Below, in pieces: positions 8,710 to 19,225 of a stretch of DNA of 64,000 nucleotides. Position numbers and translations under genes: made by a program. The DNA is from a virus (lineage: Duplodnaviria; Caudoviricetes): IMG/VR virus record IMGVR_UViG_3300037067_015270, positions 32,001 through 96,000 of that record. The stretch is one strand, 5' to 3'. A model generated the notes under the pieces. That model worked only from the letters and a program-made list of their open reading frames with translations. It made no database searches and had not been told where the DNA came from. How positions within the stretch are numbered: position 1 is the first letter of the stretch; every line of letters starts with the position of its first letter.

Positions 8710-11106
8710 ATGCTAATAGACAGACTTACAGGCGAATTAGCCAATCAATTTATAGATTGCAATTTACCTATATCAGAAAAGCATTTTGTTGAAGTATCAT
8801 GCTCTTGTGGCACTATAGTAAAGTTAAGCACAAGAGCTCTATCGCGAAAATGGGGAGCTAAAGGTTATTATTTGTGTAAAAGCTGTTCTGTTAAATCATA
8901 CATAGACAATCCAGAGCGTCTTGAAAAATGGCAGCAGTCGTTTACAAAGACCGCAGCGACATTAGAGCATAAGGCAAGATGTTCCAAAGCAGCAAAAAAA
9001 CTATGGAATACTCCTGAATTGCGGCAACGAGTAACAGAATCAGTTAGGCAAGATAATAAGACTAACCCCAAGAAAGCTACATCAAGAGCAATCGCACTAA
9101 AGGCACTAAAGGATAAGTCTTGGTTTAAAGATCACATGGCCAAGATAAGAATACTGGCACATAGAGCTATTAAGATAAGCCTAGATAATGATTCTGATAA
9201 ATGGCGAGATCTAGCTAAAAACTTTCACTTTGAACGACCAGAGGTAAAAGAAAAACACAAAGCATCAGCGAATAATGGAAATAAAAGACAACAAAGACAG
9301 CAAATTATATGTAGAAGTTATGAAGAGTTAGACGACGACATTAAGAATAGTAGCGACTACCAAAATAATATTATTACTATTCTTGACCACGAAAGACGTA
9401 AAGCAGAATTAGCATCTATACAAATTCCGCCAAAGCGTAAAAGAGCTAAACATAACAGTATAGAGCATAAGACGAAATTGTCAGAAGCATCGAAAATACG
9501 ATGGAAAAACGAGGAATATAGAGCCAAGATAAGAAATATTGTTAATAGTGAAAAGTATAAGACAAAGATGGCAGAATATCGCGATACCGAATATAGAGAA
9601 AGAATGAGATTTGTGGCTATAGCTCAATGGAGTGATCCTCTTTACTTAGAAAAAATGAGGAAATTATGGGAAGATCGAGAATATAAAGAAATGATGAGAA
9701 CTATATCAAAAGCGCAATGGGAGGATAAAGAATATAGAGAGAAAATGATATCTATTTTTAATAGTGAAGAATATAGAGAGAAAATTAAAATTGTTTGGAA
9801 TGACCCAACCTACAGAGAGAAAATAATAACTGCAATTAAATCGCAATGGAATAATCCAGAATATAGAAAGAAAATAAAAGCAATACAAAATGACCCAGCT
9901 TTCAAGAAAAAAGTAGCATCTGCAGCCAAAGTGCAATGGAAGAATCCAGAATATAGAAAGAAGATGCATCAGATATTTTCTTCTCCTGAAATCAGAGAGA
10001 AAATATCTGATGCATCTAAGATACGATGGGAAAAAAAAGAATTTAGAGAAAAAATAGAAGCAATAGTCAAATTACAATGGTCGAATAAAAAACGATTAGA
10101 AAAAGCATCCATAAACTCTAAGATACTATGGCAAAATGAAGAATATAAAGATAGACATAAGAAAGCTATGGCTTCTCCTGAGGTCAGAGAAAAACAGGCT
10201 ATAGCCAGGGCTGCACAATCAGGACAGATTTCATCCATACAAAAAACACTATATTCTTATTTGGATGGACTTAAAGTAGAATACTATAAAGAAAGCGAGC
10301 AAACGCGAGTCGGATTTTATGTTTTTGATTGTTTGGTTGTCAATGGTGATAAAAAATTATTGATTGAATGCCAAGGAGACTATTGGCATTCATTAGAAAA
10401 TGCAGAACGAAATGATCGGTCTAAATTTACTTATATTTCTAGATATTTCCCAGAATACGAAATAATGTATGTCTGGGAGCACGAATTTTATTGTAAAGAT
10501 AGAGTATTAGATCGGTTAAAATTGAAATTGGGAATTGATATAGATACTGTCGATTTTAATTTTTCCGATTTAACAATAAGAGAAATTAATAGCACAGAAA
10601 CCAAAACGTTCTTAGATCTTTATCATTATCTAGGTAAAGATCGCGGCGGTAAAACAATAGGTGTCTTCAATGGTGACTTGTTAATCGCTGCTATTGTTTT
10701 TAGTCCTCCACTACGGCAAAATACAGCTGGTCAATTCGATTTGGCTGATGATGAAGTCAGAGAATTATCTAGATTATGTATACATCCTTCCTATCACAAG
10801 AAGAACTTCGCTAGTTGGTTTATCAAACGAGCACTTAAACTGACAGATTGTAAGCTTGTTGTAGCTTATGCCGATACAACTGTTGGACATGATGGTGGAA
10901 TTTACAAAGCAAGCAATTTTAAGTTACATCACACTGTACCAGCAGACTACTGGTATGTAGACAATTCTGGCTATGTGATGCACAAAAGAACACTCTACGG
11001 GCGTGCAGTAAAACAGAAAATGACAGAATCAGAGTTTGCAGAAGCAAAAGGTTATATCCGTAAATATGGTGGTGAAAAATTATGTTTTGTATATAATCAA
11101 AAATAA
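8710..11106 (+). CDS. Fusion: W-x-D/N-P-E-Y-R-E-K helical repeats + DUF559/Vsr-like endonuclease + Mom-like GNAT domain
   Basis: Many WxxxEYREK repeats. Nuclease motif FDCL...LLIECQGDYWH...D...YEIMYVWEHE. C-terminal ELSRL and VAYADTTVGHDGGIYKASNF (Mom family). Confidence 0.7.
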   Translation: MLIDRLTGELANQFIDCNLPISEKHFVEVSCSCGTIVKLSTRALSRKWGAKGYYLCKSCSVKSYIDNPERLEKWQQSFTKTAATLEHKARCSKAAKKLWNTPELRQRVTESVRQDNKTNPKKATSRAIALKALKDKSWFKDHMAKIRILAHRAIKISLDNDSDKWRDLAKNFHFERPEVKEKHKASANNGNKRQQRQQIICRSYEELDDDIKNSSDYQNNIITILDHERRKAELASIQIPPKRKRAKHNSIEHKTKLSEASKIRWKNEEYRAKIRNIVNSEKYKTKMAEYRDTEYRERMRFVAIAQWSDPLYLEKMRKLWEDREYKEMMRTISKAQWEDKEYREKMISIFNSEEYREKIKIVWNDPTYREKIITAIKSQWNNPEYRKKIKAIQNDPAFKKKVASAAKVQWKNPEYRKKMHQIFSSPEIREKISDASKIRWEKKEFREKIEAIVKLQWSNKKRLEKASINSKILWQNEEYKDRHKKAMASPEVREKQAIARAAQSGQISSIQKTLYSYLDGLKVEYYKESEQTRVGFYVFDCLVVNGDKKLLIECQGDYWHSLENAERNDRSKFTYISRYFPEYEIMYVWEHEFYCKDRVLDRLKLKLGIDIDTVDFNFSDLTIREINSTETKTFLDLYHYLGKDRGGKTIGVFNGDLLIAAIVFSPPLRQNTAGQFDLADDEVRELSRLCIHPSYHKKNFASWFIKRALKLTDCKLVVAYADTTVGHDGGIYKASNFKLHHTVPADYWYVDNSGYVMHKRTLYGRAVKQKMTESEFAEAKGYIRKYGGEKLCFVYNQK

Positions 11107-11129
11107 GGTATTCAAATTGGAGAGAATGC

Positions 11130-12860
11130 ATGCCCACTATTAATCCGAGTCTGGTGCCAACAGTCGCACCAGGCAATCTATTCCAGGAACTTACTACTGA
11201 TTCGACGCTCAATGTACGCTGGATTACGCCAACGGACCCTGTGTACTACGAAGCAATGAATCGGCCATTGGCCGATATTGTTCTCCGACAATTAATATTA
11301 GCCAAGACGCTCGATATGCTTAGCGTCAGTATTGGTCATGAGGCTATTTTCCCATTTCTCATACAAGCAAAAGTTATCAACTCGACAACATATGCCCAAC
11401 TTCCGAACGGATGGATTTGGGATTTACATATGTCTACCCCCTCCAAGTGGCAAGACTTCAGGTTGGCAAAAATTAAACGCCTGGATGGCACAAATTCTGG
11501 TACAACTGGCGTTTATACTGGTACACTACGACTCATATTCACAGCAACTCAGATAAGCTCAACAATTGAAACAGCGTTATTTGTAGCAGACTATACTATT
11601 GATAGTACATTAACATATCAACGAGCTAGGCTTGTAGTTTGCACATCGGCAGAAGAAGCTGTTAGTATCGATACTGGTGAGGCCGAAACCGTAAAAGGTT
11701 TTATTACTTTTCGAACACTACCGCAAGATGACGCAACAGTGCAAGCGTTTTATGATTTGGTTGCACCAACCGTGGGTTTAGTAACTGTATACCAAATTGC
11801 TAATACTGGTGCGGCACCTACCGAAATTGATAGTTACTCTGATGCAGTAGTCAATCATGGCACCGGAATGTTAGTAGATAGCTGTAATAATGCAATTCCC
11901 AGCCTTGAAAGCGATGCATCATCGTGGTTGAACGCTTTCAATTATCCTTTCGACGCCGATGCTTCTAGAGCGTCTACTGGAACATTCTCCGTTACCATTC
12001 CTTCGAGCATATTTCGTGAATTCAATATTGTGGCACCAGCTGGCGATGAACCTACCGGAGATACGAGCGGCACATATTTTCCAGTATGGATTAGCAGAAT
12101 CCAGCCGATTGGCACATCAAATAATCAACTTCGTTTCTACTTCGCAACACATAATGTCACCAGACTGAGTCCTTCACCAGATCCAGTCGAATTTGCTAGA
12201 TTAGATCTATTGCGAACAATGGTTACTGGTGATATTATCGCAATAGAACCAATCAGTGATTTATTATTGCATACAGGCACCGATGACGAATTATACTACC
12301 AGGACTTTGGAAGGGGGCATGTAGTATTAAGCAGCGAATGGGGTGCAACATCTACAACGATAGACGATTTCTTTGATGCATTCGCATCGTTGTTATCAAC
12401 ACAATACGCTAGCTTCCTACAAACCGCCACAAGAATAAGCTCTTTTGGTGTTAGTCGTGTACCTAAATTTACTCCTACGGATGGCCAGTGTAGAGCGATG
12501 GCAGGGACGACATCAAGCTTAACTGTGCCAATACCTCCATCAGAGGATAATAGGTTTGTTACCGAGCTAGACCAAGGGCTCGGAAATACGATTGACCTTA
12601 ATGCACAGACTGGAATAGTAGCGGTAGATGGAATCAGCAGATATGGCAATACTGGTGGCCTAGTAAGAAGGACTGTTCAACTTTGTATTGATTATACAAA
12701 GTTACCAGATGATACAGATACGACGGCTAATGCTTTTTACGAAGAATATGTCTTGCCGCGACTAATCATATTACTCGGCAGAAGCCCTCTCTGGGGAGAT
12801 GAATGGTATAACGGAACAACATTCCTCCGATACAACGGGGACACTTGGCAAAGCATATAA
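11130..12860 (+). CDS. Putative virion structural protein
   Basis: 576 aa, Thr-rich. NRPLADI N-terminal motif of phage tail proteins. Confidence 0.55.
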   Translation: MPTINPSLVPTVAPGNLFQELTTDSTLNVRWITPTDPVYYEAMNRPLADIVLRQLILAKTLDMLSVSIGHEAIFPFLIQAKVINSTTYAQLPNGWIWDLHMSTPSKWQDFRLAKIKRLDGTNSGTTGVYTGTLRLIFTATQISSTIETALFVADYTIDSTLTYQRARLVVCTSAEEAVSIDTGEAETVKGFITFRTLPQDDATVQAFYDLVAPTVGLVTVYQIANTGAAPTEIDSYSDAVVNHGTGMLVDSCNNAIPSLESDASSWLNAFNYPFDADASRASTGTFSVTIPSSIFREFNIVAPAGDEPTGDTSGTYFPVWISRIQPIGTSNNQLRFYFATHNVTRLSPSPDPVEFARLDLLRTMVTGDIIAIEPISDLLLHTGTDDELYYQDFGRGHVVLSSEWGATSTTIDDFFDAFASLLSTQYASFLQTATRISSFGVSRVPKFTPTDGQCRAMAGTTSSLTVPIPPSEDNRFVTELDQGLGNTIDLNAQTGIVAVDGISRYGNTGGLVRRTVQLCIDYTKLPDDTDTTANAFYEEYVLPRLIILLGRSPLWGDEWYNGTTFLRYNGDTWQSI

Positions 12861-12936
12861 TCTGATTCAACGCATAATCGATTATCTATTGTTGTGACAC
12901 TTCAACAAATATTAAGTAGAAGTGTGAGGTGTCACA

Positions 12937-13173
12937 ATGATACCAGTAGATATCTTACAAAATCATTTAATATTAATCTCCCATCATATAGAAGATGGCT
13001 TAGAGGCGTTAGAAAACGGTGATGATTCAATCATCGAAGCAAGCCTCACAGATATAAATGAGATAGTCGACGAGTTGAAGGATTATTTGCCAAAAGAACT
13101 AGCAACAGAAGTGGAAGCAAAAGAGATGGGAATGAGTTCGAGAGTGGAAGAAATCGCTAAGGACGTTTGGTGA
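12937..13173 (+). CDS. Hypothetical acidic protein
   Basis: 78 aa ORF with GAGG RBS. Confidence 0.55.
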   Translation: MIPVDILQNHLILISHHIEDGLEALENGDDSIIEASLTDINEIVDELKDYLPKELATEVEAKEMGMSSRVEEIAKDVW

Positions 13174-13281
13174 TGTATTTCACTTAGTAGATAAATTTAT
13201 CGTTGCGGATACGATGCTGCTTGTAGTGGCAAAATCCGAGTAGAGAGTAGTAGTAGAGTAGTAGAGAGAAGGAGGTGTCTT

Positions 13282-14160
13282 ATGACACTCAATAGCAAGC
13301 TCGCCGGTGCACGTGCCATTCTTGAGGCACATAACAATTCTTCAAGCACCAAATCCGTGGACGTCGAGGCGTTCTTCACCAATCTAGCCAATATGGGCGG
13401 GTCGTCAGAGGATACTCTGTCTGCTGCTAGTTGGGAGGACCTCGAAGAATGTGGTGCCCCGCGAATCTTGGCTCGCCGTATCGCCACGCTTTTCCGTGGA
13501 GAGCAGCCACAAACGCAAAGCGTCCAGAAGGTCATTTTGGAAGACAATGACCCCGACAAACTGGCGAAGGCAATGACGCCAGCCCAACTGCTCGATGCTT
13601 ATGATCCGAAGCAGTTGAAAACACCGGTCGCCGAGCGTCTAAAGTTCCATTCAGAAGGTAAAAAGTTCATCGTTTTCAATGATGACGGTACCATTGATAA
13701 GGAAGTCTCTCTTAAACTTTTGAACGAACTTGACGACCATGGTGAAATGTTGACGTACGTCGAAGACAACGACAACATAAGAACTGTCTATGCTGTTGGA
13801 GAACGCCCAGATCAAGTAGCAAGCGAGCACCCACTCTTCCCAGGTATCGCATTACGAAATGGTATTTCTTCTATTGGATGTGACTGGAACCAGATAAGTT
13901 GGAAAATCAAGAAAACCTTATACCTTGCCGTCACCCAAACAGGCGAAATCGATATGGGCAAGATTCATGAACTAGAAGTTTATAATCTTGCGACCGCTGG
14001 CATGATAGACCGACGTTGTATCGAGGCAGCCAAGCTATATAAAGAGCGTGAAGCACTCGAAAATCTTCCTAGCTTACGCGTGAAGCTTGGATCAGTAAAA
14101 ACCGGGAAGGAACAGAAAGGCAACAATCCTTTCAATCTCGGCAAGAATCGTAGCATCTAA
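13282..14160 (+). CDS. Hypothetical protein
   Basis: 292 aa, strong AGGAGG RBS. Confidence 0.75.
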   Translation: MTLNSKLAGARAILEAHNNSSSTKSVDVEAFFTNLANMGGSSEDTLSAASWEDLEECGAPRILARRIATLFRGEQPQTQSVQKVILEDNDPDKLAKAMTPAQLLDAYDPKQLKTPVAERLKFHSEGKKFIVFNDDGTIDKEVSLKLLNELDDHGEMLTYVEDNDNIRTVYAVGERPDQVASEHPLFPGIALRNGISSIGCDWNQISWKIKKTLYLAVTQTGEIDMGKIHELEVYNLATAGMIDRRCIEAAKLYKEREALENLPSLRVKLGSVKTGKEQKGNNPFNLGKNRSI

Positions 14161-14168
14161 CCACAACC

Positions 14169-14200
14169 GTACGAGAAGCCTCGAAAGTGGCTTCTCGTAC
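14169..14200 (+). other. Intergenic 12 bp stem-loop (processing or weak terminator)
   Basis: GTACGAGAAGCC-tcgaaagt-GGCTTCTCGTAC between two co-oriented genes. Confidence 0.55.
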
Positions 14201-14218
14201 CTTCTATCGGAGGTCATT

Positions 14219-15367
14219 ATGAGTACGAGAATGGAAATTAACGGTCTGTACGCAGAGATCAATATGCCACCAGCGTTATCTGGCGACGGGCTGAACGCCT
14301 TACCGCCGCATTGCAAGGTTCAAGCCTTCCCAGTAGATGAGTTTCCGGCCTGCCCGAACAATTGGATGCATGGGTCTGGTAAAGCAAGCTCATATTTCGT
14401 CATGGCTACCGTCGATCGTGGTATGTGGTTCGATTTCACCATGAACTCTGGCCATAGATATGATTTAGCAATCGTGGTGAGTGTTCAAGGTATCAATCCC
14501 GTCACCGGCAAGAAAGTGACACAACTCAATCTTGAACAATATCGAGAAAAATGCCCGGTGCATAACGTCGCTTTCCAGCAAGATCGTTTCTGCCCTGAAT
14601 GCAACTACAATTGGCCAACACAGAATTATATCTCCACAACGACTGGTCAGATGTTGTGGATCGATGGCTTCCGCAATGAAAAGGGAGAAGTCAGACAGTA
14701 TATTATCACCGAGGACAACACACGTGGTGTTGCTGCACAGGTGATTGGCGATGACCGCGTGTGGGCTATCGGATTTGCTTTCTATTTGAGCAAGGAACCA
14801 CGCAAGCTAGGACCTTATTTGGGCCTGCCGAGCTTGGGTGCGAAGTCGTTAACGATGTCTGACGAATATTCCAAATCGATCTCATCAGGATCACTTCCGG
14901 AATATGATGCCAACATGACTGATGTCGATTATTTTATGCCAATACATCCAGACGTCAACGGACCATCTGGACCATCGGGGTCAGCTGGAACATATGGTCC
15001 TTGTGGCGACGGCGGCAGCAAGTTCAACATGGCAAGCACGCAACACGTCAACTGTTCTTGCTCGAAGGGTGCCATGCATCGTAGTCTCAAAACTGGCGGT
15101 GGCATCATTCGTGCTCAATCGATGATGGCACCACGAGCCATCACAGCACCAATGACACAGCAGAAAATGCTCGAAATTGGTGCAGGTGCTAGAATCGACC
15201 AGGAGATCGGGGTTGACCCGAATCCGATTGATTACTGGCAAGCGGAGCCAATTGGTCTGATCTATTGCAACTACGTTGATGGTACAATGTTCAGACAGAT
15301 ATTAAAGGCCGGGCAACGCCAAGTGAAGAAGGAGGGACCACTTGCCGGGCTGAAAATCGGGAACTGA
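14219..15367 (+). CDS. Hypothetical protein with a Zn-ribbon insertion
   Basis: 382 aa, GGAGG RBS, CPVH...CPEC. Confidence 0.7.
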   Translation: MSTRMEINGLYAEINMPPALSGDGLNALPPHCKVQAFPVDEFPACPNNWMHGSGKASSYFVMATVDRGMWFDFTMNSGHRYDLAIVVSVQGINPVTGKKVTQLNLEQYREKCPVHNVAFQQDRFCPECNYNWPTQNYISTTTGQMLWIDGFRNEKGEVRQYIITEDNTRGVAAQVIGDDRVWAIGFAFYLSKEPRKLGPYLGLPSLGAKSLTMSDEYSKSISSGSLPEYDANMTDVDYFMPIHPDVNGPSGPSGSAGTYGPCGDGGSKFNMASTQHVNCSCSKGAMHRSLKTGGGIIRAQSMMAPRAITAPMTQQKMLEIGAGARIDQEIGVDPNPIDYWQAEPIGLIYCNYVDGTMFRQILKAGQRQVKKEGPLAGLKIGN

Positions 15368-15368
15368 T

Positions 15369-17756
15369 TTAACCGTAGATCATTTTTGTAGCACCGGGCA
15401 CTGCGTCCTCTACCACCATTTGGCATAGTAATTGGTGAAATTCAGCGACCATTTTGTATTCTACTGAATCGACTCCAAAGCTTTCGCCCATTACTTCTTT
15501 GATGCGCTTAGCCACAGCAGTGAATTTGGCGTTAGCTCTATTCTTTTGATGTGAGATATTGGCACTGGAAGTAGACGGAACATGTCTTCCATCTTCATCT
15601 ACAGTATCGAAGACATCCGTCCAGATGTGTATGTCGCTAGGTTGTGACCCAGTAACAGCTGGATACCCTGCTTCTGCCCATCTGGACAATTCACCACGTT
15701 CATCTATCTCTGGATCTTCTGGTGTTCCTCGTTCAGGATAATTATCGATACCATACAATCTAAGCAACAGTCTATACTGTTGTATAGACATTACGTCTTC
15801 TGGCGACCTGATTTTCTTGTTCTGTTTTGCGATTTGTCGTAAATCTGCAATTTCTTGCTGGGCACCAGAAAAACCGGAACCAATCCTTATCGCTCCCAAT
15901 ATTTGGTCGAGTAATTGCGTTAGCTCTGACTCCCACTCACCAAGACTTGAGTCAATATCCCTAGAAATAGCAATCAAGTCTCGTTTGGCCTTTGTCGTAT
16001 CGACATCTTCTGATTCCGCTTCCATATATTCATTGAGAGCGTTATTAATTGCGGCCAAAATTGCAGCCGCTTCAATGGAATTCTTCTTTTGCTCTGATGA
16101 ACTATCTTGATATGGTGAAACTCTCGTCAAGGCTTTTTGCATTATTTCCTGATTGGCGGCGCTGCGTAGATAATCACCTTTACGACCTGGATGAGCGAAA
16201 TTCATACGCTCCGTTTCCTTACCGGTGTCGCTACGGGTAGTTAAACCGGTCGCTGTGATACTCCTAGCGTTTACCTCTTCTCTTATTCTTAAAGCTGCTT
16301 GTTCTTCGTCGCTCATTTTAATGAATTCTTCTAATTTAGATATATCTCTTGATTGTAAGGCCGCATCCAGCATCCGTTTTATCGCCGCTAATCCGATAAA
16401 TCCTTTCGAACCCGGTAGATCTTCCTGCTTTTGCTCGTATGGTGAAACATACCCACGCTTCTTATCTTCGTCTTTCTCTTCTGCTTCTTTTACTGCTTTC
16501 TTCTTCGCCCAACTCTTCGATGTTGTCTTCCGGAATTTAGTTACTAAATCTTTTGATGCTTCAAGTAGCTTTTCTACCTCTACCGCTTCGCCCTTCTTCA
16601 ATTTATTAATAGTGTCCTGGGCCAGATCACGCTGCCATTTGAGTAGTTTAGCGGCCTTATTAAAGGCTATTAAAGTACCCTGCTCTCTGGATTTTTTACC
16701 CACAGCCCCTTGGGTGGTTATGCCTGGAGTGGAAAATGTTTCCTCGTCTTCGGCGATTTCATCGAATTTTTTGTCAGCTATATCTATTGCACGCCGTACA
16801 GCGCTTTCATCCTCTGACGTTATAGCACGATGAAGCTCGTCTTGTATCTCATATAATTTAGAAGCTACATTACCATATTCACTCTTAGGTCCAGGTTCTG
16901 TAGTTTTCTTGCCGTCGCATCGTGGGCATACCATTTTTACATTTTTATCTCTCGGGTTTACGACTTCGCCAGTGCCCTTACATCTGGGGCAAATAGCAAT
17001 CTTTTCGAATTCCCTATCAATGGCTTCAATATCTCCCTCCAAAGGCAAGCCATTCATAACGTGATTAAGTGCAGTTTTAATCAATGGGGTTAATGTTCTC
17101 TTAAAACCCCTAGCTTTACGATATTCATTACCATATCCAGCTGGAACACCGGCTTTCATGGCTTGCTGTATTGCTGAACCGACGAAATTGGTAAATCTTA
17201 CACCATCTCGAACTTCGTCATTCGGTAATTCGAGCAAAACAGCAGAAGCACCTCGCATCACAGCGTCTTCAATATCAGTCTCATCATACTTGCCATGCGT
17301 GGCTCTAGCGGCTCTTTCGATTACGCCTTTTTTAGCAACCGCATATAAAGTTCCTCTAGCTTCTTCATCATCACTGCTGTACATCATAGTCATTAGTACT
17401 TCACCACGAGCCCATGGGCGAACTCCGCCATATTTCACACTAAACGGGTTCGGTTCTAAAGATATATGCTCTCCTTCTTTTGGCGAAGTAATTCCTGTCC
17501 TACCAGTATCCTTGGGTCCATATGGTCGTGTAGAACCCACTCTGAACAACATCGGTGGTCTATAATCTTTACCAGCAGCATAATCATCCCATCCAACACA
17601 TGGGCCTTTACAATTCTTCAATGCACGCATTTTTGCAATCTGATCATCCATATCCACTATCATTGCTGGGCCGACCTTATCTGGAAGCTCGGCCTCAGCC
17701 TCAACAAGTATTTTTGGATTATTTAAGGCAAAATCTATTCTTCCTAGAATATTCAT
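15369..17756 (-). CDS. Divergent sigma70-like protein with a DnaJ-type Zn finger
   Basis: Region-2-like DIEDAVMRG...DEVRDGVRFTNFVGSAIQQAM. Zn finger CPRCKGTG...CPRCDG. Region-4-like MSIQQYRLLLRLYGI...SSANISHQKNRANAKF. Confidence 0.45.
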   Translation of the reverse strand: MNILGRIDFALNNPKILVEAEAELPDKVGPAMIVDMDDQIAKMRALKNCKGPCVGWDDYAAGKDYRPPMLFRVGSTRPYGPKDTGRTGITSPKEGEHISLEPNPFSVKYGGVRPWARGEVLMTMMYSSDDEEARGTLYAVAKKGVIERAARATHGKYDETDIEDAVMRGASAVLLELPNDEVRDGVRFTNFVGSAIQQAMKAGVPAGYGNEYRKARGFKRTLTPLIKTALNHVMNGLPLEGDIEAIDREFEKIAICPRCKGTGEVVNPRDKNVKMVCPRCDGKKTTEPGPKSEYGNVASKLYEIQDELHRAITSEDESAVRRAIDIADKKFDEIAEDEETFSTPGITTQGAVGKKSREQGTLIAFNKAAKLLKWQRDLAQDTINKLKKGEAVEVEKLLEASKDLVTKFRKTTSKSWAKKKAVKEAEEKDEDKKRGYVSPYEQKQEDLPGSKGFIGLAAIKRMLDAALQSRDISKLEEFIKMSDEEQAALRIREEVNARSITATGLTTRSDTGKETERMNFAHPGRKGDYLRSAANQEIMQKALTRVSPYQDSSSEQKKNSIEAAAILAAINNALNEYMEAESEDVDTTKAKRDLIAISRDIDSSLGEWESELTQLLDQILGAIRIGSGFSGAQQEIADLRQIAKQNKKIRSPEDVMSIQQYRLLLRLYGIDNYPERGTPEDPEIDERGELSRWAEAGYPAVTGSQPSDIHIWTDVFDTVDEDGRHVPSTSSANISHQKNRANAKFTAVAKRIKEVMGESFGVDSVEYKMVAEFHQLLCQMVVEDAVPGATKMIYG

Positions 17757-17871
17757 ATATCACTCCGAGCTGGCTGGCCAGTAATTTACCATGTTATTTT
17801 TGGATGGAACTGCTGACGGTATTTTATAATACTACTAAGATATTTTCAACTATCCCTCATAAATCCATATA

Positions 17872-18783
17872 ATGTACACAGAATCTCACAGACATTTAGC
17901 TGGTTCAATAAGTCCAGAAAGCATTTGGAATGTGATTAGATATTCATGCAATCTCAGTGCTGCAAAATCTCTTGATGATGTGCGGCGACAAGTGCGTCTA
18001 ATGCACGACAATTGCAACTTTGATTATTTCTGCACAAGATTCGATATTCTTAATAAAATAGAATGGCATAGTCAAGATGTATACTATGTAGCGAAACAAG
18101 TTTTCTCAGACATGAAAGATGAACATATCGAGCACGCTACACTCACAGTATCATTAAATAAATTCGTGAAATCTGATGACTTGGTTATTGCTGGCTATCG
18201 CGTGTTCGGAATATTAGATTTAGCATCTGAGTCTAATATGGATGTTAATTATTTATTGTCGGTGAGTTATGATTGGCCGCTTGAGTTACAATTACAAACT
18301 ATAGGGCTCATCAAGCCGTTGGAAAAATTCGTAGCTGGCATAGATTTTGTTGGTCGAGAATCTGCTGCGAATTGGGCTGCTTATGAAGAACCTCTGAAAC
18401 TATGGAAGCAAGAAGGAAAAACCATACGTGCACATGTCGGTGAAAGACCGGGGACGAGTGATAATATCGATTTGGCCATGAAATATATGGGTATTACTCG
18501 AATCGCTCACGGAATTTATGCAACAAAGGAACAACAAGAAGAAGCAATTCGACGTGGAATTGTGTTTGATATGTCAATACACAGCAATATTTATACGCAT
18601 GCAATCGAATTAACTAAACACCCAATAAAACAAATGCAAGAAGCGGGATGTAAGATTACTCTTGGCACCGATGATCCGGTACAATTCAACTGTACTCTGC
18701 GAGATGAATATATTGTAGCTGAGGCTCTTGGTGTCGATATTAAGGCTCTCCGCCAAATGTCTTTTGAACACAGGATAAAATAA
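17872..18783 (+). CDS. add: Adenosine deaminase family protein
   Basis: HRHLAGS, GIDF, HVGE, RIAHG, SN and GTDDP motifs are all present. Confidence 0.85.
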   Translation: MYTESHRHLAGSISPESIWNVIRYSCNLSAAKSLDDVRRQVRLMHDNCNFDYFCTRFDILNKIEWHSQDVYYVAKQVFSDMKDEHIEHATLTVSLNKFVKSDDLVIAGYRVFGILDLASESNMDVNYLLSVSYDWPLELQLQTIGLIKPLEKFVAGIDFVGRESAANWAAYEEPLKLWKQEGKTIRAHVGERPGTSDNIDLAMKYMGITRIAHGIYATKEQQEEAIRRGIVFDMSIHSNIYTHAIELTKHPIKQMQEAGCKITLGTDDPVQFNCTLRDEYIVAEALGVDIKALRQMSFEHRIK

Positions 18784-19005
18784 ATGAAGCTCAAAGACTT
18801 AATTGAACAATTACATCAATACAACCAAGAAGCCGAAGTATCAGTAATAGTCCATAATAAGCATGAAGATTTTTCGTTGGTGTTTGGTAATAGTGAAGGG
18901 GTCACAAAAGAAACGTGTGAAAATATCAACTTTTATGTTGATAGACTAAACGACGATGACGAAGAATACGGAGAAGGGGATTTTACGGACTTCGACCCAA
19001 TATGA
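18784..19005 (+). CDS. Small phage hypothetical protein
   Basis: MKLKDLIEQL...EV start, common in phage small ORFs. Confidence 0.6.
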   Translation: MKLKDLIEQLHQYNQEAEVSVIVHNKHEDFSLVFGNSEGVTKETCENINFYVDRLNDDDEEYGEGDFTDFDPI

Positions 19006-19214
19006 GTACTGACAAAGAAAAGTTCTGCGGCAAGTTTGAAATCCCTAAAGAGGCTTTCAGAACTGATATAATCTCATCGGAAGGTAGAAAGTTGAATGGT
19101 ATTTGGACCAGTTATATTGCGCCTTCATTATGGCATTGGAGCCTTCATATAGGTTATTTCAAAATCAAATTGTGGCACTATCTGCTTCCGCCGTGGTTTC
19201 CACCAAGAGATTAG
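19002..19214 (+). CDS. Hypothetical protein
   Basis: ATGA overlap with the previous gene. Confidence 0.5.
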   Translation: MSTDKEKFCGKFEIPKEAFRTDIISSEGRKLNGIWTSYIAPSLWHWSLHIGYFKIKLWHYLLPPWFPPRD

Positions 19215-19225
19215 AGAGGAATAGA

